Part shown: positions 46,936-58,331 of the stretch, one piece after another
Layout: each line of letters opens with the position of its first letter
Position numbering within the stretch: position 1 is the first letter of the stretch
Assembly: GCA_902515455.1 (NCBI GenBank)
Contig: CABXUO010000002.1
Coordinates: 3,961 to 67,960 of the forward strand
DNA from: an uncultured SAR86 cluster bacterium
GTDB taxonomy: Bacteria; Pseudomonadota; Gammaproteobacteria; Magnimaribacterales; D2472
DNA length: 64,000 nt
Reading direction: 5' to 3'
Made by a program: the position numbers and the translations under genes
Notes under the pieces: model-generated
The model's database searches: none
What the model saw: only the letters and a program-made list of their open reading frames with translations
Told to the model about the DNA's origin: nothing

Positions 46936-47702
46936 AAGGATTCTTCACGCCGCTTAGTAAGAACCTCTACGCCAGATGAAGTCACCGCAAGAGTATGTTC
47001 CCATTGAGCAGAATTTCTTCCATCTTTTGTTTCTACAGTCCAGCCATCGCTAAGTATTTTTGTATATTTTGATCCCTGATTGATCATAGGCTCAATTGTA
47101 AAACACATGCCTTCTTGAATCTCAATTCCTCTCCCAAATTTTCCATAATGCAGGATTTGGGGATCTTCATGATATACCTTTCCAATACCATGGCCACAAT
47201 AGTCTTCAACTACTGAATAGTGATTTTTCTCAGCATGCTCTTGAATCACTGCACCTATATCACCTAAATGAGCGCCTGGCTTGACGATATCAATTGCCTT
47301 ATACAAGCATTCTTGGGCTACTTTTACTAATCTTTCATTATGAGGCTGCGTCTTTCCAACTAAGAACATCTTTGATGTGTCGCCATGCCATCCATCACGA
47401 ATAACCGTTACATCAATGTTGATGATATCTCCATTTTTTAGAATTTTCTTCTCAGATGGAATACCATGACAAATAACCTGATTAATACTTGAGCAAATAG
47501 TTTTTTCAAATCCGTTGTATCCGATATTTGCTGGGGTTGCCTTTTGTTGATTTACAATGAATTCGTAACATATTTTATCTAATTCTTCAGTGCTTACTCC
47601 AGGCACCACGAAAGGTTCAATCATTTCGATCACTTCAGCTGCCAATTGGCCTGCAATCTGCATCTTTGATATTTGATCAGTATTTTTTAAATTTATGCTC
47701 AT
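46932..47702 (-). CDS. map: Methionine aminopeptidase, type I
   Basis: 256 aa. Motifs VCHGIP, DVTV..GWHGD, GHGIG, FTIEP and EHT. Confidence 0.95.
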   Translation of the reverse strand: MSINLKNTDQISKMQIAGQLAAEVIEMIEPFVVPGVSTEELDKICYEFIVNQQKATPANIGYNGFEKTICSSINQVICHGIPSEKKILKNGDIINIDVTVIRDGWHGDTSKMFLVGKTQPHNERLVKVAQECLYKAIDIVKPGAHLGDIGAVIQEHAEKNHYSVVEDYCGHGIGKVYHEDPQILHYGKFGRGIEIQEGMCFTIEPMINQGSKYTKILSDGWTVETKDGRNSAQWEHTLAVTSSGVEVLTKRREESF

Positions 47703-47842
47703 TTTTTTAAAAATTTTATGGACCTTAGGAACATATCAATATAAAGTATCCTTTTAATGTTAGCGCATAATTTTAGCTCATTAAATTCAAAATTTTCACA
47801 ATTATTTACTTTCTTTTCTCCCTTTCATAAGGAGAAAAATTA

Positions 47843-48967
47843 GTGTCTTTTCAAGCTATTTTAGTCCTTGAGGATGGTTCTGTTATTGAAGGCACCGGCT
47901 TTGGTGCAAAGGAGATATCAGTTGGAGAAATTGTTTTTAATACCTCTATGTCAGGTTATCAAGAGATTATTACAGATCCTTCATATGCCAAGCAGATTAT
48001 AGCTTTTACCCATCCTCATATTGGCAACACTGGAATTAATGATGAAGATAATGAATCTGATAGTATTTTCGCTTCGGGAATTGTCATAAAAGATTTGCCA
48101 GATCATTATAGTAATTGGCGAGCAACACAATCTCTGGAGAGCTTTCTTAAATCAAAAAAAACTATTGGAATTTCAAACATAAATACAAGAGCATTAACTG
48201 CAAAGCTCAGAGATCACGGTTCATTGAAAGCATGTATAGCACCAGGAGATAAAAGTTCCTTGTCCATAGCTAAGGAGGCTCTGAACGACTTTGGTGGATT
48301 GGAGGGCCTCGATCTTGCTAAAAAAGTCTCAACTAAAAATACCTTCACTTGGGATGAGGGAACTTGGCCTAATTATCAAGAAGTAAAAGATGACAAACTT
48401 ATCGTTGCTATTGATTTTGGAGTTAAGAAAAATATCTTAAGGCTATTAAGAAAACATGTTGGAAAAGTACAAGTAGTAAATGCTCAAATTAGTTTTGATG
48501 AACTTCTGAAGCATAAACCTGATGGAGTATTTTTATCTAATGGACCAGGAGATCCTGAGCCATGCGATTATGCCATCCACTTAATTCAACAACTGCTTAA
48601 TATTAATATGCCAATTTTTGGAATCTGTTTAGGCCATCAACTGTTAGCTCTTTCTGGGGGATGCAAAACATACAAGATGAAATTTGGCCATCATGGCGCC
48701 AATCATCCTGTGCAAGATCTTCAGTCAAAGATAGTTCATATAACCAGCCAAAATCACGGCTTTGCAGTTGACATATCAAGCTTGCCTACAAATATTGAAC
48801 CCAGTCACATCTCACTTTTTGATGAGAGTTTGCAAGGTATTGCTTTCAAGGATAAGCCTGCATTTAGCTTCCAAGGCCATCCAGAAGCTAGCCCAGGACC
48901 GCATGAACTAGAAGAGCTTTTTATTAAATTTAACTTAATGATTGAAAATCATGCCAAAAAGAACTGA
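47843..48967 (+). CDS. carA: Carbamoyl-phosphate synthase small (glutaminase) subunit
   Basis: 374 aa with a GTG start preceded by AAGGAG. Motifs [16 protein letters not shown], the GATase block GICLGHQLL, and HHGANHPV. Confidence 0.95.
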   Translation: MSFQAILVLEDGSVIEGTGFGAKEISVGEIVFNTSMSGYQEIITDPSYAKQIIAFTHPHIGNTGINDEDNESDSIFASGIVIKDLPDHYSNWRATQSLESFLKSKKTIGISNINTRALTAKLRDHGSLKACIAPGDKSSLSIAKEALNDFGGLEGLDLAKKVSTKNTFTWDEGTWPNYQEVKDDKLIVAIDFGVKKNILRLLRKHVGKVQVVNAQISFDELLKHKPDGVFLSNGPGDPEPCDYAIHLIQQLLNINMPIFGICLGHQLLALSGGCKTYKMKFGHHGANHPVQDLQSKIVHITSQNHGFAVDISSLPTNIEPSHISLFDESLQGIAFKDKPAFSFQGHPEASPGPHELEELFIKFNLMIENHAKKN

Positions 48968-51900
48968 TATTAAATCTGTTTTGATCATCGGCGCTGGACC
49001 AATAATAATAGGTCAAGCATGCGAGTTTGATTACTCTGGTGCACAGGCTTGTAAAGCACTTAAAGCTGAGGGCTTTAGGGTAATTTTAGTTAATTCTAAT
49101 CCTGCAACAATTATGACTGATCCTCTCCTTGCAGATGCAACTTACATTGAACCAATTCACTGGAAATCAATTGAAAAAATAATAGCAAAAGAGCGTCCTG
49201 ATGCATTATTGCCCACTATGGGAGGACAAACTGGTCTTAATACAGCTTTAACCTTGGCGAAAGAGGGGGTTCTAAAAAAATATAATGTTGAGTTAATCGG
49301 GGCATCAAGAGAAGCCATTGATAAAGCAGAAGATAGAGAACTATTTGATAAAACTATGAAAGGTATAGGTATTGAGACTCCCAGATCTGGAATTGCCCAT
49401 TCAATGGAGGAGGCTTTAACTGTTCAAGAAGATCTTGGGTTTCCATGCATTATTCGCCCATCATTTACGCTCGGTGGATCAGGAGGAGGAGTAGCTTACA
49501 ATATTCAGGAATTCAAAGAAATTTGTGAAAAAGGACTAGATCTTTCTCCAACAACAGAGCTGTTAATTGATGAATCTTTACTAGGATGGAAAGAATATGA
49601 GTTAGAGGTGGTCAGAGATAAAAATGATAACTGCATAATTATATGCTCCATAGAAAACCTTGATCCCATGGGAGTTCATACTGGTGATTCAATCACTGTA
49701 GCTCCAGCACAAACGTTAACTGATAAGGAGTATCAGATTTTACGAGATCAATCATTCAAAATCTTAAGAGAAATAGGGGTAGAGACAGGTGGGAGTAATG
49801 TTCAGTTTGGCATTAATCCCGAAAATGGAAGAGTTGTTGTTATTGAAATGAATCCAAGAGTAAGCAGATCATCTGCACTGGCCTCAAAAGCAACAGGTTT
49901 TCCAATTGCTAAGGTAGCTGCCTTGCTATCAGTAGGATTTACATTAGATGAATTAAAGAACGATATTACTAATGGTCTTACACCAGCATCATTTGAACCC
50001 TCTATTGATTATATAGTTACCAAAATCCCTAAGTTTGCCTTTGAAAAATTCCCTCAAGCGAATGATAGGCTCACGACTCAAATGAAATCTGTTGGTGAAG
50101 TTATGGGAATTGGAAGAACTTTTAAAGAATCTCTTCAAAAAGCCATTCAGAGTCTGGAAGAGGATTTACATGGTTTTGAAAACATTTTAGAAAATTCTTC
50201 TAATCAAATTGAAACCCTGCGTTATCAACTTACTTTTGCTGGATCAAAAAGAATTTTATATGTTGCGGAGGCAATAAGACTTGGTTGGGATGCTTACAAA
50301 ATTAATCAATTGACCGGAATTGACTTTTGGTTCTTACATCAAATCATTGATCTTATTGATGAAGAAAATATCTTACAGGGCATTAATTTAAATGAGATTG
50401 ATTTTGATAAAATGCTTAATCTTAAAAAAAAGGGTTTTGCTGATAGAAGAATTGCTGACTTAACAAATTCGTCTACAAAAGAAGTAAGAGATTTTAGAAA
50501 AAAATTAGGGGTTACTCCTACCTTCAAAAGAGTCGATACATGTGCTGCAGAATTTGCTACCGAAACTGCATACATGTATTCAGCATATGAGGGAGAATGT
50601 GAATCTCGACCAACGAATAATAAAAAAGTTATTGTTTTAGGTAGCGGCCCCAATAGGATCGGGCAGGGAATAGAGTTTGATTATTGCTGCGTTCATGCTT
50701 CTTTTGCACTTCAGGAAGAGGGATACGAATCCATTATGATTAACTGCAATCCGGAGACTGTTTCTACAGATTACGATACATCCAATAGACTATATTTTGA
50801 GCCTATAACTGAAGAGAAAGTTCTGGATATTATTGATTTAGAAAAACCTGAGGGAGTAATTATTCAATTTGGAGGGCAGACACCTCTTAAACTATCAGAA
50901 GTATTATTGTCTAATAATGTAAAAATTCTTGGTACAGATGTAGATGCTATTGATAGATCAGAGGACCGAAAACGTTTTCAAGCTCTTGCTCATAAATTAA
51001 ATCTCAAACAGCCTCCCAACAGTACCGTAAAAAATCTAAAAGAAGCTATAAAGGTGTCGGAGGAAATTGGATTTCCAATTGTTGTTCGACCATCATATGT
51101 TCTGGGTGGCAGAGCAATGGAGCTTGTTCATACTCAAGTTGAACTTGAAAAGTATTTAAAAGAAGCCGTTGAAGTATCTGATAAAAAACCAATTCTACTG
51201 GATGGATATTTAACTGATGCAATTGAAGTTGATGTGGATGTAATTTCCGATGGAAAGGATATTGAGATTGGAGGTATTTTGCAGCATATTGAGCAAGCTG
51301 GAATTCATTCAGGAGATTCAGCTTGTTCCTTGCCGCCATATAGTCTCTCGGAAATAATTATTAAGGAAATTGAAAAGCAGGCAAAAATGATTGCTAAAGA
51401 GCTTAATGTGATTGGATTGATGAATATTCAGTTTGCGGTTCAAGATAATCATGTCTTCATTATTGAGGTAAATCCTAGGGCCTCGAGAACCGTTCCATTT
51501 ATATCAAAATGTCTGGGAGAATCTTTAGTGAAATCCGCTACAAAAACGATGATTGGAAAAACCTTGAAGGATATTAGTTTCTCTAATTTATTGCCAAAAA
51601 ATTATTTTTTTGTAAAAGAAGCCGTTTTGCCATTTGATAAATTTCCAGCAGTTGATCCTATTCTTGGTCCAGAAATGAAGTCTACAGGAGAGGTTATGGG
51701 CATTGGCTCAAGTTTTGGTGAAGCATATGCAAAAGCTCAAAGAGCAGCAAATAAGATATTTCCTGATTCAGGACTAGCATTTGTAAGCGTTAAAGAATCT
51801 GATAAAAAATATCTCCCAAATTTAGTTCCCTTACTTTTAGACCAAGGTTTTTCATTAATTGCTACCAAAGGAACTGCTAATGCAATTAAAAAACTCGGGC

Positions 51901-52157
51901 ATGATGCTCAAATCATTAACAAAGTCACAGAGGGAAGACCTCATATTGTTGATGAATTATTAAATAATAGAGTCAATATTTTAATTAACACTACTGAAGG
52001 AAGACAATCTATAGAGGATTCAGCCTCTATAAGAAGAACAGCATTACAAAATAAATTATTTTGTGTTACAACAATTTTTGGTGCATTTGCAATTTTAGAA
52101 GCAATGGGTTCAAGTTCAGATGACTGGATTTACAATTCTCTTCAAGAAATAAATTAA
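48951..52157 (+). CDS. carB: Carbamoyl-phosphate synthase large subunit
   Basis: Canonical [30 protein letters not shown] start at ATG 48951; the track's 48942 start is 3 codons upstream. Duplicated ATP-grasp halves. Confidence 0.97.
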   Translation: MPKRTDIKSVLIIGAGPIIIGQACEFDYSGAQACKALKAEGFRVILVNSNPATIMTDPLLADATYIEPIHWKSIEKIIAKERPDALLPTMGGQTGLNTALTLAKEGVLKKYNVELIGASREAIDKAEDRELFDKTMKGIGIETPRSGIAHSMEEALTVQEDLGFPCIIRPSFTLGGSGGGVAYNIQEFKEICEKGLDLSPTTELLIDESLLGWKEYELEVVRDKNDNCIIICSIENLDPMGVHTGDSITVAPAQTLTDKEYQILRDQSFKILREIGVETGGSNVQFGINPENGRVVVIEMNPRVSRSSALASKATGFPIAKVAALLSVGFTLDELKNDITNGLTPASFEPSIDYIVTKIPKFAFEKFPQANDRLTTQMKSVGEVMGIGRTFKESLQKAIQSLEEDLHGFENILENSSNQIETLRYQLTFAGSKRILYVAEAIRLGWDAYKINQLTGIDFWFLHQIIDLIDEENILQGINLNEIDFDKMLNLKKKGFADRRIADLTNSSTKEVRDFRKKLGVTPTFKRVDTCAAEFATETAYMYSAYEGECESRPTNNKKVIVLGSGPNRIGQGIEFDYCCVHASFALQEEGYESIMINCNPETVSTDYDTSNRLYFEPITEEKVLDIIDLEKPEGVIIQFGGQTPLKLSEVLLSNNVKILGTDVDAIDRSEDRKRFQALAHKLNLKQPPNSTVKNLKEAIKVSEEIGFPIVVRPSYVLGGRAMELVHTQVELEKYLKEAVEVSDKKPILLDGYLTDAIEVDVDVISDGKDIEIGGILQHIEQAGIHSGDSACSLPPYSLSEIIIKEIEKQAKMIAKELNVIGLMNIQFAVQDNHVFIIEVNPRASRTVPFISKCLGESLVKSATKTMIGKTLKDISFSNLLPKNYFFVKEAVLPFDKFPAVDPILGPEMKSTGEVMGIGSSFGEAYAKAQRAANKIFPDSGLAFVSVKESDKKYLPNLVPLLLDQGFSLIATKGTANAIKKLGHDAQIINKVTEGRPHIVDELLNNRVNILINTTEGRQSIEDSASIRRTALQNKLFCVTTIFGAFAILEAMGSSSDDWIYNSLQEIN

Positions 52158-52168
52158 TTTCTTTCATT

Positions 52169-52177
52169 TGTTATAAT
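52169..52177 (+). promoter_or_regulatory. Candidate extended -10 element (TGTTATAAT) upstream of greA
   Basis: TG at 52169-52170 and TATAAT at 52172-52177. No good -35 element. The greA ATG at 52184 is 7 nt downstream, and no Shine-Dalgarno sequence lies between them. Confidence 0.3.
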
Positions 52178-52183
52178 GGTTTG

Positions 52184-52660
52184 ATGGAGAAATTGCCTAT
52201 AACTAAATCAGGAGAGCAAAAGCTTGCCGAAAAACTTCGTCAGTTAAAGACTAAAGATAGACCTGAAATATCTAAAGCTATTGCAGAAGCAAGAGCTCAT
52301 GGCGATTTAAAAGAAAATGCTGAGTACCATGCCGCAAAAGAGCAACAAGGGTTTATCGAGGCAAAAATTCAAGAAATTGAGCACGCGCTTGCTAATGCAC
52401 AGGTTATAGATGTCAAAGATATACCTGAAACAGGTAGGGTGGTATTTGGTGCGACTATTGATGTGTATGATCTAACAAATGATGAATCCATAACTTATAA
52501 AATAGTTGGTAATTTAGAATCAGATCCAGAAGCAGGTTTGATTTCCATTCAAACACCAATTGCACAAGGGCTGATGGGAAAAAATGTAGGTGATGAGGTT
52601 TCAATTTCTACCCCTTCTGGATCAATCGATCTAGAAATTGAGAAAGTAAAACATCTGTAA
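52184..52660 (+). CDS. greA: Transcription elongation factor GreA
   Basis: 158 aa from ATG 52184. Contains ..[21 protein letters not shown].. (the acidic coiled-coil tip). Confidence 0.93.
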   Translation: MEKLPITKSGEQKLAEKLRQLKTKDRPEISKAIAEARAHGDLKENAEYHAAKEQQGFIEAKIQEIEHALANAQVIDVKDIPETGRVVFGATIDVYDLTNDESITYKIVGNLESDPEAGLISIQTPIAQGLMGKNVGDEVSISTPSGSIDLEIEKVKHL

Positions 52661-52665
52661 AATAT

Positions 52666-53238
52666 ATGCATACAGATTCCTGGGCTATAAAAGCAAAAAA
52701 ACTTGGCTTTCGTTCTCGAGCAGTATTTAAGTTAGAAGAAATATTAATTAAAACAAAAGCACTTAAAGGTAACGGTTTAGTTCTTGATATCGGTTCATCT
52801 CCTGGAGGTTGGTCTCAGCTTATAAAAACCTTAGAACCCAAATCAAACGTATATGCAGTTGATCTTTTACCCATGGACCCAGTCAAAGGCGTTTATTTTT
52901 TTCAAGAGGATATTGTAAATATCGACGCAATAAAAGAAATTTCATTACTAAAAACAAAATTTGACCTTGTTATTTCTGATTTAGCCCCAAATTTAACAGG
53001 TATAAGTGCTGTTGATAAAGAAAACATATACGAGCTAAATTCAATTACTCTTAAAACGGCTGTAAACTATCTTGATAAAAGTTATGGAGCATTTATTCTT
53101 AAAACTTTTCAAAATAGTTTCTTAAAAAAATTAAGATTAGAAATGGAAAAGAGCTTTAATATGGTTCAAACTTATAAACCTGCTGCATCAAAGAGTAAGT
53201 CAGGCGAAATTTATTTATACGGAGAAAGACCACTATGA
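52666..53238 (+). CDS. rlmE: 23S rRNA (U2552-2'-O)-methyltransferase RlmE/FtsJ
   Basis: 190 aa. Motifs [22 protein letters not shown] and SDLAPN. The N-terminus is about 20 aa shorter than E. coli RlmE as I recall it. Upstream of ftsH as usual. Confidence 0.85.
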   Translation: MHTDSWAIKAKKLGFRSRAVFKLEEILIKTKALKGNGLVLDIGSSPGGWSQLIKTLEPKSNVYAVDLLPMDPVKGVYFFQEDIVNIDAIKEISLLKTKFDLVISDLAPNLTGISAVDKENIYELNSITLKTAVNYLDKSYGAFILKTFQNSFLKKLRLEMEKSFNMVQTYKPAASKSKSGEIYLYGERPL

Positions 53239-55148
53239 ATTCAGTTTTTAAAAATGCTTTAGTTTGGGTTTTGTTAGGCTCCGCCTTGATTTTTATTTTT
53301 AACAATGTGGAAAATGCTTCTTCCTCAAAGAGAGAAATGATTTCCTATAGCCAGTTTAAGCAAGAGGTTCTTTCTGACAGAGTGGCAAAGGTAATTTATA
53401 AGGGCGACCAAATGACTATTTTTGGTGACCGCCTTGATGGTACCCGATTTGAAACACGTCATCCCATCTATAAAAAAGATGAATCAGTTGATAATGCAAT
53501 TGAAGAGCATGGTGTTATTACTGTTTTTGAGAGTGTAGAGCAGCCTTCAATATGGTCGCAACTTTTGGTGGGAGCTTTCCCCATTCTTTTACTTTTAGGA
53601 ATTTTCTTTTTCTTCATGCGGCAAATGCAAGGCGGCATGTCGGGAAGGGGTGGCCCAATGGCATTTGGTAAAAGTAAGGCAAAGTTAATGGAAGGAGGAA
53701 AAGTCACCACAACTTTTGAAGATGTTGCTGGGTGTGAAGAAGCAAAGCAAGATGTTCAAGAATTAGTAGATTTTTTAAGAGATCCTACAAAATTTCAAAA
53801 ACTAGGCGGTAAAATTCCAAGAGGTGTTCTTATGGTTGGTCCTCCTGGTACTGGAAAAACACTCTTAGCCAGAGCGATTGCTGGAGAAGCTAAAGTTCCA
53901 TTTTTTTCAATTTCTGGATCAGACTTTGTGGAGATGTTTGTTGGTGTAGGCGCTTCAAGGGTCAGAGATATGTTTGAGCAAGCGCAAAAAAACTCTCCAT
54001 GCATTGTTTTTATTGATGAGATCGACGCTGTTGGAAGACATAGAGGAGCTGGAATGGGCGGTGGACATGACGAAAGAGAACAAACACTTAATCAATTGTT
54101 AGTTGAGATGGATGGTTTTGATGGCAATGATGGCGTTATTGTAGTTGCAGCAACTAATAGACCTGATGTTCTAGATCCTGCTTTGCTCCGACCTGGGCGT
54201 TTTGATAGACAAGTTGTTGTTGATTTGCCTGATTTAAGAGGAAGAGAGCAAATTTTAAAAGTTCATATGAAAAAGGTCCCTCTTTCAAAAGATGTGGATG
54301 CTTTAGTAATAGCTAGAGGAACTCCTGGTTTTTCTGGTGCTGACCTTGCTAATCTTATTAATGAGGCCGCTTTATTTGCAGCTAGATATGGAGATAAAAA
54401 AGTTGACCAAAGCCATTTAGATCTAGCAAAAGATAAAATTATGATGGGGCCTGAAAGAAAGTCAATGATTATGACAGAGGAACAGAAAACAATAACTGCT
54501 TATCATGAAGCAGGTCACGCAATAGTAGGTCGCTTAAGTCCAGAACATGATCCAGTCTACAAAGTTACTATCATTCCGAGGGGCCGAGCGCTTGGCGTAA
54601 CAATGTTTTTACCCGAGGAAGATAAATACATGCAAAGCAAGCAATATCTTCACAGTAGAATTGCAGCACTTTTTGGTGGCAGAATAGCAGAAGAGATTAT
54701 TAATGGTAAAGATGCAATAACAACTGGGGCATCAAATGATATTGAAGTTGCAACAGGTATAGCTACAAACATGGTCACTAAATGGGGAATGTCGGATTTA
54801 GGGCCATTAAAATATGGAGAAGATGACTCAAGTCCTTTTTTAGGAAGATCTGCATCAATGGCTCCAAAAGGCATTGGTGGTGAAACTTCTAATAGTATTG
54901 ATATTGAAGTTAAAAAAATTATTAATACTAATTATAAAAAAGCCACAAAGATCCTTAAAGATAATATCGATAAATTACATACTATGGCTGAGTCGCTACT
55001 TACCTATGAAACAATAGATGCTGATCAAATTGATGATATTATGGCTGGAGCTAAACCAAGAGCTCCTAAAGATTGGGATGAGCCAAAAACGCCAAAAAAT
55101 AAAACTTCCAAAAAAACTTCAATAAAGGGTCCCGCGGAAGAGTTATAA
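53235..55148 (+). CDS. ftsH: ATP-dependent zinc metalloprotease FtsH
   Basis: 637 aa. Walker A GPPGTGKT, second region of homology, and the zinc site HEAGHA. Confidence 0.97.
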   Translation: MNSVFKNALVWVLLGSALIFIFNNVENASSSKREMISYSQFKQEVLSDRVAKVIYKGDQMTIFGDRLDGTRFETRHPIYKKDESVDNAIEEHGVITVFESVEQPSIWSQLLVGAFPILLLLGIFFFFMRQMQGGMSGRGGPMAFGKSKAKLMEGGKVTTTFEDVAGCEEAKQDVQELVDFLRDPTKFQKLGGKIPRGVLMVGPPGTGKTLLARAIAGEAKVPFFSISGSDFVEMFVGVGASRVRDMFEQAQKNSPCIVFIDEIDAVGRHRGAGMGGGHDEREQTLNQLLVEMDGFDGNDGVIVVAATNRPDVLDPALLRPGRFDRQVVVDLPDLRGREQILKVHMKKVPLSKDVDALVIARGTPGFSGADLANLINEAALFAARYGDKKVDQSHLDLAKDKIMMGPERKSMIMTEEQKTITAYHEAGHAIVGRLSPEHDPVYKVTIIPRGRALGVTMFLPEEDKYMQSKQYLHSRIAALFGGRIAEEIINGKDAITTGASNDIEVATGIATNMVTKWGMSDLGPLKYGEDDSSPFLGRSASMAPKGIGGETSNSIDIEVKKIINTNYKKATKILKDNIDKLHTMAESLLTYETIDADQIDDIMAGAKPRAPKDWDEPKTPKNKTSKKTSIKGPAEEL

Positions 55149-55157
55149 TCTTTCTCC

Positions 55158-56474
55158 ATGATTATAAAATTTGGCACTGATGGGATTCGTGGTCCAGTTG
55201 AATCTAAAATTACGCCCGAGGTATGCTTAAAAATAGGCCATGCCTCTGGATTAGTTTTAAAAGATATGGGCTGGGAAACAGTTCTTATTGGTAAAGATAC
55301 TCGAGTATCCGGCTATATGCTTGAATCGGCTCTTCAAGCTGGATTTATAGCCGCTGGTGTCAATGTGAGGTTGCTTGGACCATTACCTACTCCTGGAGTT
55401 GCATATTTAACTAGATCACTGCGTAACCAGTTTGGGCTTGTTATAAGTGCATCCCATAATAATTACTTAGACAACGGGATTAAACTTTTTGATGGGAATG
55501 GAGAAAAAATTCCTAAAGATGCTGAAAGAAAAATTGAAAAGTTACTTGCGGGCGAACTTAAACCAGTCAAAACTGCTGAGCTTGGCAAGGCACAAAGATT
55601 TGATGAATCTGGTGACAGATATATAGAGTTTTGCAAATCAACGGTTCCTCCAGATGTTTCCTTTGATTCATTAAGAATAGTATTAGATTGTGCCAATGGA
55701 GCATGCTATAAAGTCAGTCCTTCAATTTTTAGAGAGCTTGGCGCAGAAGTTATTTCAATAGGTACTGAACCAGATGGATATAACATAAACAACGAATGTG
55801 GCTCTACTCATCCAAGAAAAGTTCAAGAAGAAGTAATAAAACAGAGAGCAGATTTTGGAATTGCCCTAGATGGCGATGGCGATAGGGTAGTTTTAATTGA
55901 CAGAAAAGGCCGTCTATTAGATGGCGATGACATTATGTATATCCTAGCATACGCTAATCCTAATAGAACTGGGCCTTGGTCAGGCATAATTGGAACAGCA
56001 ATGTCTAACTTAGGGTTTGAAGAGGCAGTAAAAAAATTAGGTTATAAGTTTAAAAGAGCAGATGTTGGCGATAAGCACGTTAACCAAATGCTTAAAAAAG
56101 AGGGATGGATGTTAGGCGGAGAACCCTCAGGTCACATTATTTGCAGAGATCTAGTAAGCACTGGTGATGGAACAATAGCAGCATTGAAAGTAATATCTTC
56201 TTTATTGATTTTAGAAAAAGATCCAGAAGATATTTTGCAAAATTATAAAAAAATGCCTCAAATTAACATTAATGTTGATGTTGCTAATAAAGATATCCTG
56301 TCTGATGCTGAGATCCAACAAAAAATAAAGGAGATTGAATCGGACCTCACTATAGGAAGAATTCTTGTGAGAGCCTCTGGCACTGAAAGTAAAATTAGAA
56401 TAATGATTGAGTCAGATGACGAAGCAACTGCAACCAAATATGCAAAAGATATTGAAAAAATTCTTAAAAGATAA
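55158..56474 (+). CDS. glmM: Phosphoglucosamine mutase
   Basis: 438 aa. FGTDGIRG, active-site SASHNNYLDNG (usual P replaced by N), and DGDGDR. Confidence 0.92.
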   Translation: MIIKFGTDGIRGPVESKITPEVCLKIGHASGLVLKDMGWETVLIGKDTRVSGYMLESALQAGFIAAGVNVRLLGPLPTPGVAYLTRSLRNQFGLVISASHNNYLDNGIKLFDGNGEKIPKDAERKIEKLLAGELKPVKTAELGKAQRFDESGDRYIEFCKSTVPPDVSFDSLRIVLDCANGACYKVSPSIFRELGAEVISIGTEPDGYNINNECGSTHPRKVQEEVIKQRADFGIALDGDGDRVVLIDRKGRLLDGDDIMYILAYANPNRTGPWSGIIGTAMSNLGFEEAVKKLGYKFKRADVGDKHVNQMLKKEGWMLGGEPSGHIICRDLVSTGDGTIAALKVISSLLILEKDPEDILQNYKKMPQININVDVANKDILSDAEIQQKIKEIESDLTIGRILVRASGTESKIRIMIESDDEATATKYAKDIEKILKR

Positions 56475-56477
56475 GAA

Positions 56478-57227
56478 ATGCCATTGAGATTAATAGCAAA
56501 CTGGAAACTAAATGGTTCATTAGAATTTAATGATCAATGGGCTGAGAATTTTTTTAAAAATTTCTCAAATTCAAACCTTAAATCAATTGGGATTGCGCCA
56601 GCTTCTTTATACATAGATCATATTAGAAAAGTGATTGGAGATTCCGGGATTGAGATAGGTGTTCAGAATATTTGTGATGTGGAATCTGGGGCGAGAACAG
56701 GTGAAATTTCTGCCACGATGATCAAGGATTTAGGATGTAAATTTAGTTTAATTGGCCACTCTGAGAGACGTATTTTTTTTAATGAGTCTAATCAAACAAT
56801 TTCAAAAAAGTTAATTCTGGCAAATAATAATTCTGTAATGCCTATTTTATGCATTGGGGAGTCTGCTGAAGAAAATGAAAGAAACGATACTCATGATGTC
56901 CTTAAATTTCAGATTGATGAAGCTTTAAAAGATCTTTTTGAGGCTAGCTCCTTGATAATTGCATATGAGCCTGTTTGGGCAATTGGTTCTGGCAAAATTC
57001 CGAACCCAGAAGAAATAAATTCCGTTCATAAAATGATCAAAGATGTAGTACAATCTCGTTTCCCAAAAATTGATTTAAAATCAGTTTTGTATGGAGGAAG
57101 TGTAAGCTCTGAGAATGCATCATCTTTATTTGCTCAAGAGCATATTGATGGAGCCTTGATAGGAGGCGCTTCACTTGATGGAAAAGAATTTGCTCAAATA
57201 GCAAATGTTTTTAATGAGTTAAAGTAA
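56478..57227 (+). CDS. tpiA: Triosephosphate isomerase
   Basis: 249 aa. Motifs NWKLNGS, IGHSERR and YEPVWAIGSG. Confidence 0.9.
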   Translation: MPLRLIANWKLNGSLEFNDQWAENFFKNFSNSNLKSIGIAPASLYIDHIRKVIGDSGIEIGVQNICDVESGARTGEISATMIKDLGCKFSLIGHSERRIFFNESNQTISKKLILANNNSVMPILCIGESAEENERNDTHDVLKFQIDEALKDLFEASSLIIAYEPVWAIGSGKIPNPEEINSVHKMIKDVVQSRFPKIDLKSVLYGGSVSSENASSLFAQEHIDGALIGGASLDGKEFAQIANVFNELK

Positions 57228-57231
57228 AAAA

Positions 57232-57537
57232 ATGATTATTACAATTACAAAAATCATCTGTATTATACTAGCCATTTTATTAATTGCTTTAGTTATATTG
57301 CAGCAGGGAAAGGGCTCTGATCTTGGCTCAGCTTTTGGAGGCGGATCCTCAAATTCAATGTTTGGAGCAGTTGGACCTTCTAATTTTCTCGGAAAAGTTA
57401 CAGCAATAATTGCAGCACTTTTTCTAATCTTAAATTTAGCCCAAGCAGTGCTATTAAAAAATGCCAATACTGAAGTACTATTTACTGATGAGGAAATTCA
57501 GGAAGCAACAAAAACTGCTGAAATTCCTGTAGATTAA
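57232..57537 (+). CDS. secG: Preprotein translocase subunit SecG
   Basis: 101 aa. The LQQGKGSDLGSAFGGGSSNSMFG motif sits between two hydrophobic helices. Confidence 0.85.
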   Translation: MIITITKIICIILAILLIALVILQQGKGSDLGSAFGGGSSNSMFGAVGPSNFLGKVTAIIAALFLILNLAQAVLLKNANTEVLFTDEEIQEATKTAEIPVD

Positions 57538-57539
57538 GT

Positions 57540-57626
57540 TGGTGCCGAAAGCGGGACTTGAACCCGCACGAGCTTTCGCTCACTAACCCCTCAAGCTAGC
57601 GTGTCTACCAATTCCACCACTTCGGC
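57540..57626 (-). tRNA. leuU: tRNA-Leu (anticodon GAG)
   Basis: The reverse complement reads GCCGAAGTGGTGGAATTGGTAGACACGCTAGCTTGAGGGGTTAGTGAGCGAAAGCTCGTGCGGGTTCAAGTCCCGCTTTCGGCACCA. It is 87 nt with a long variable arm and encoded CCA, and is nearly identical in its arms to E. coli leuU. Confidence 0.95.
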
Positions 57627-57636
57627 AAAGCAAAGA

Positions 57637-57645
57637 ATTATAACA
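57637..57645 (-). promoter_or_regulatory. Candidate extended -10 promoter (TGTTATAAT on minus strand) for tRNA-Leu
   Basis: The reverse complement of 57637-57645 is TGTTATAAT. 10 nt separate the hexamer from the mature tRNA 5' end at 57626. The -35 element is weak. Confidence 0.4.
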
Positions 57646-57682
57646 AGATAATTTTTTAATACCGAAATAAATTTGAATTAAC

Positions 57683-57710
57683 TTGACCTTAAGTACTTGC
57701 TTTCTATACA
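57683..57710 (+). promoter_or_regulatory. Candidate sigma70 promoter for the initiator tRNA / rimP-nusA-infB operon
   Basis: TTGACC (57683-57688), a 16-nt spacer, then TATACA (57705-57710), 16 nt upstream of the tRNA 5' end. Confidence 0.4.
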
Positions 57711-57726
57711 CTCTAATCCTCTGCGA

Positions 57727-57803
<77 letters not shown>

Positions 57804-57820
57804 GTAAATGAGATACGAAC

Positions 57821-57847
57821 TGGGGCATTTGCCCCATTTTTATTTTT
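57821..57847 (+). terminator. Rho-independent terminator/attenuator hairpin between tRNA-fMet and rimP
   Basis: TGGGGC-ATTT-GCCCCA stem-loop (57821-57836), followed by TTTTTATTTTT. Confidence 0.5.
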
Positions 57848-57854
57848 AAGAGAT

Positions 57855-58331
57855 ATGAGAATTGAAGAACTAGAAATTGCGATTGAACCTGTTGTCACAA
57901 GCCACGGTTGTGATCTATGGGGTATAGAGTTAGTCAGAGGCAAAAAAAGACCTACGATAAGAGTATTTATCGATGCTATTGCAGGAGCAACAATAGATGA
58001 TTGTGAAAAGGTAGCTAAAGACCTTAATTATGAACTTGCTTTAAATGATACTTTTTTTGATCAAGATTATGTGTTGGAGGTTTCTACACCTGGTATAGAT
58101 AGAAAGATATTCAAAGTAGAGCAGCTTTCTGCATTTCTCAAAGAGGATTTTGATTTAAAGTTACGAGAGATGAAAGATGGTAAGAGAAGTCTTGTAGCTA
58201 AGCTTATAAATATTAGCAACGATGAGATTTTATTTCAGTGCGGAGATGAAAAAATGATCTTAAACTTCGTAGATCTTGATTTGTGTCGTTTAAAACCTAA
58301 TTTTGAAGAACTTATGAGGGCGAATAAATAA
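57855..58331 (+). CDS. rimP: Ribosome maturation factor RimP
   Basis: Start set at ATG 57855 (MRIEELEIAIEPVV..), because the track's 57777 start lies inside the tRNA gene. About 158 aa, with the EVSTPGIDR motif. Upstream of nusA. Confidence 0.85.
   Translation: MRIEELEIAIEPVVTSHGCDLWGIELVRGKKRPTIRVFIDAIAGATIDDCEKVAKDLNYELALNDTFFDQDYVLEVSTPGIDRKIFKVEQLSAFLKEDFDLKLREMKDGKRSLVAKLINISNDEILFQCGDEKMILNFVDLDLCRLKPNFEELMRANK

Noticed and set aside
36597-52157. pepA lying within about 10 kb of carAB as a possible functional link, since PepA is a carAB co-regulator in E. coli.
   Set aside because: pepA sits in its standard pepA/lptFG arrangement and is separated from carAB by eight unrelated genes. 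The proximity is most simply coincidental.
57219-57467. 82-aa minus-strand ORF overlapping the tpiA end and most of secG.
   Set aside because: secG on the plus strand has the conserved LQQGKG..FGGG motif and sits in the syntenic position. The antisense ORF has no recognisable features.
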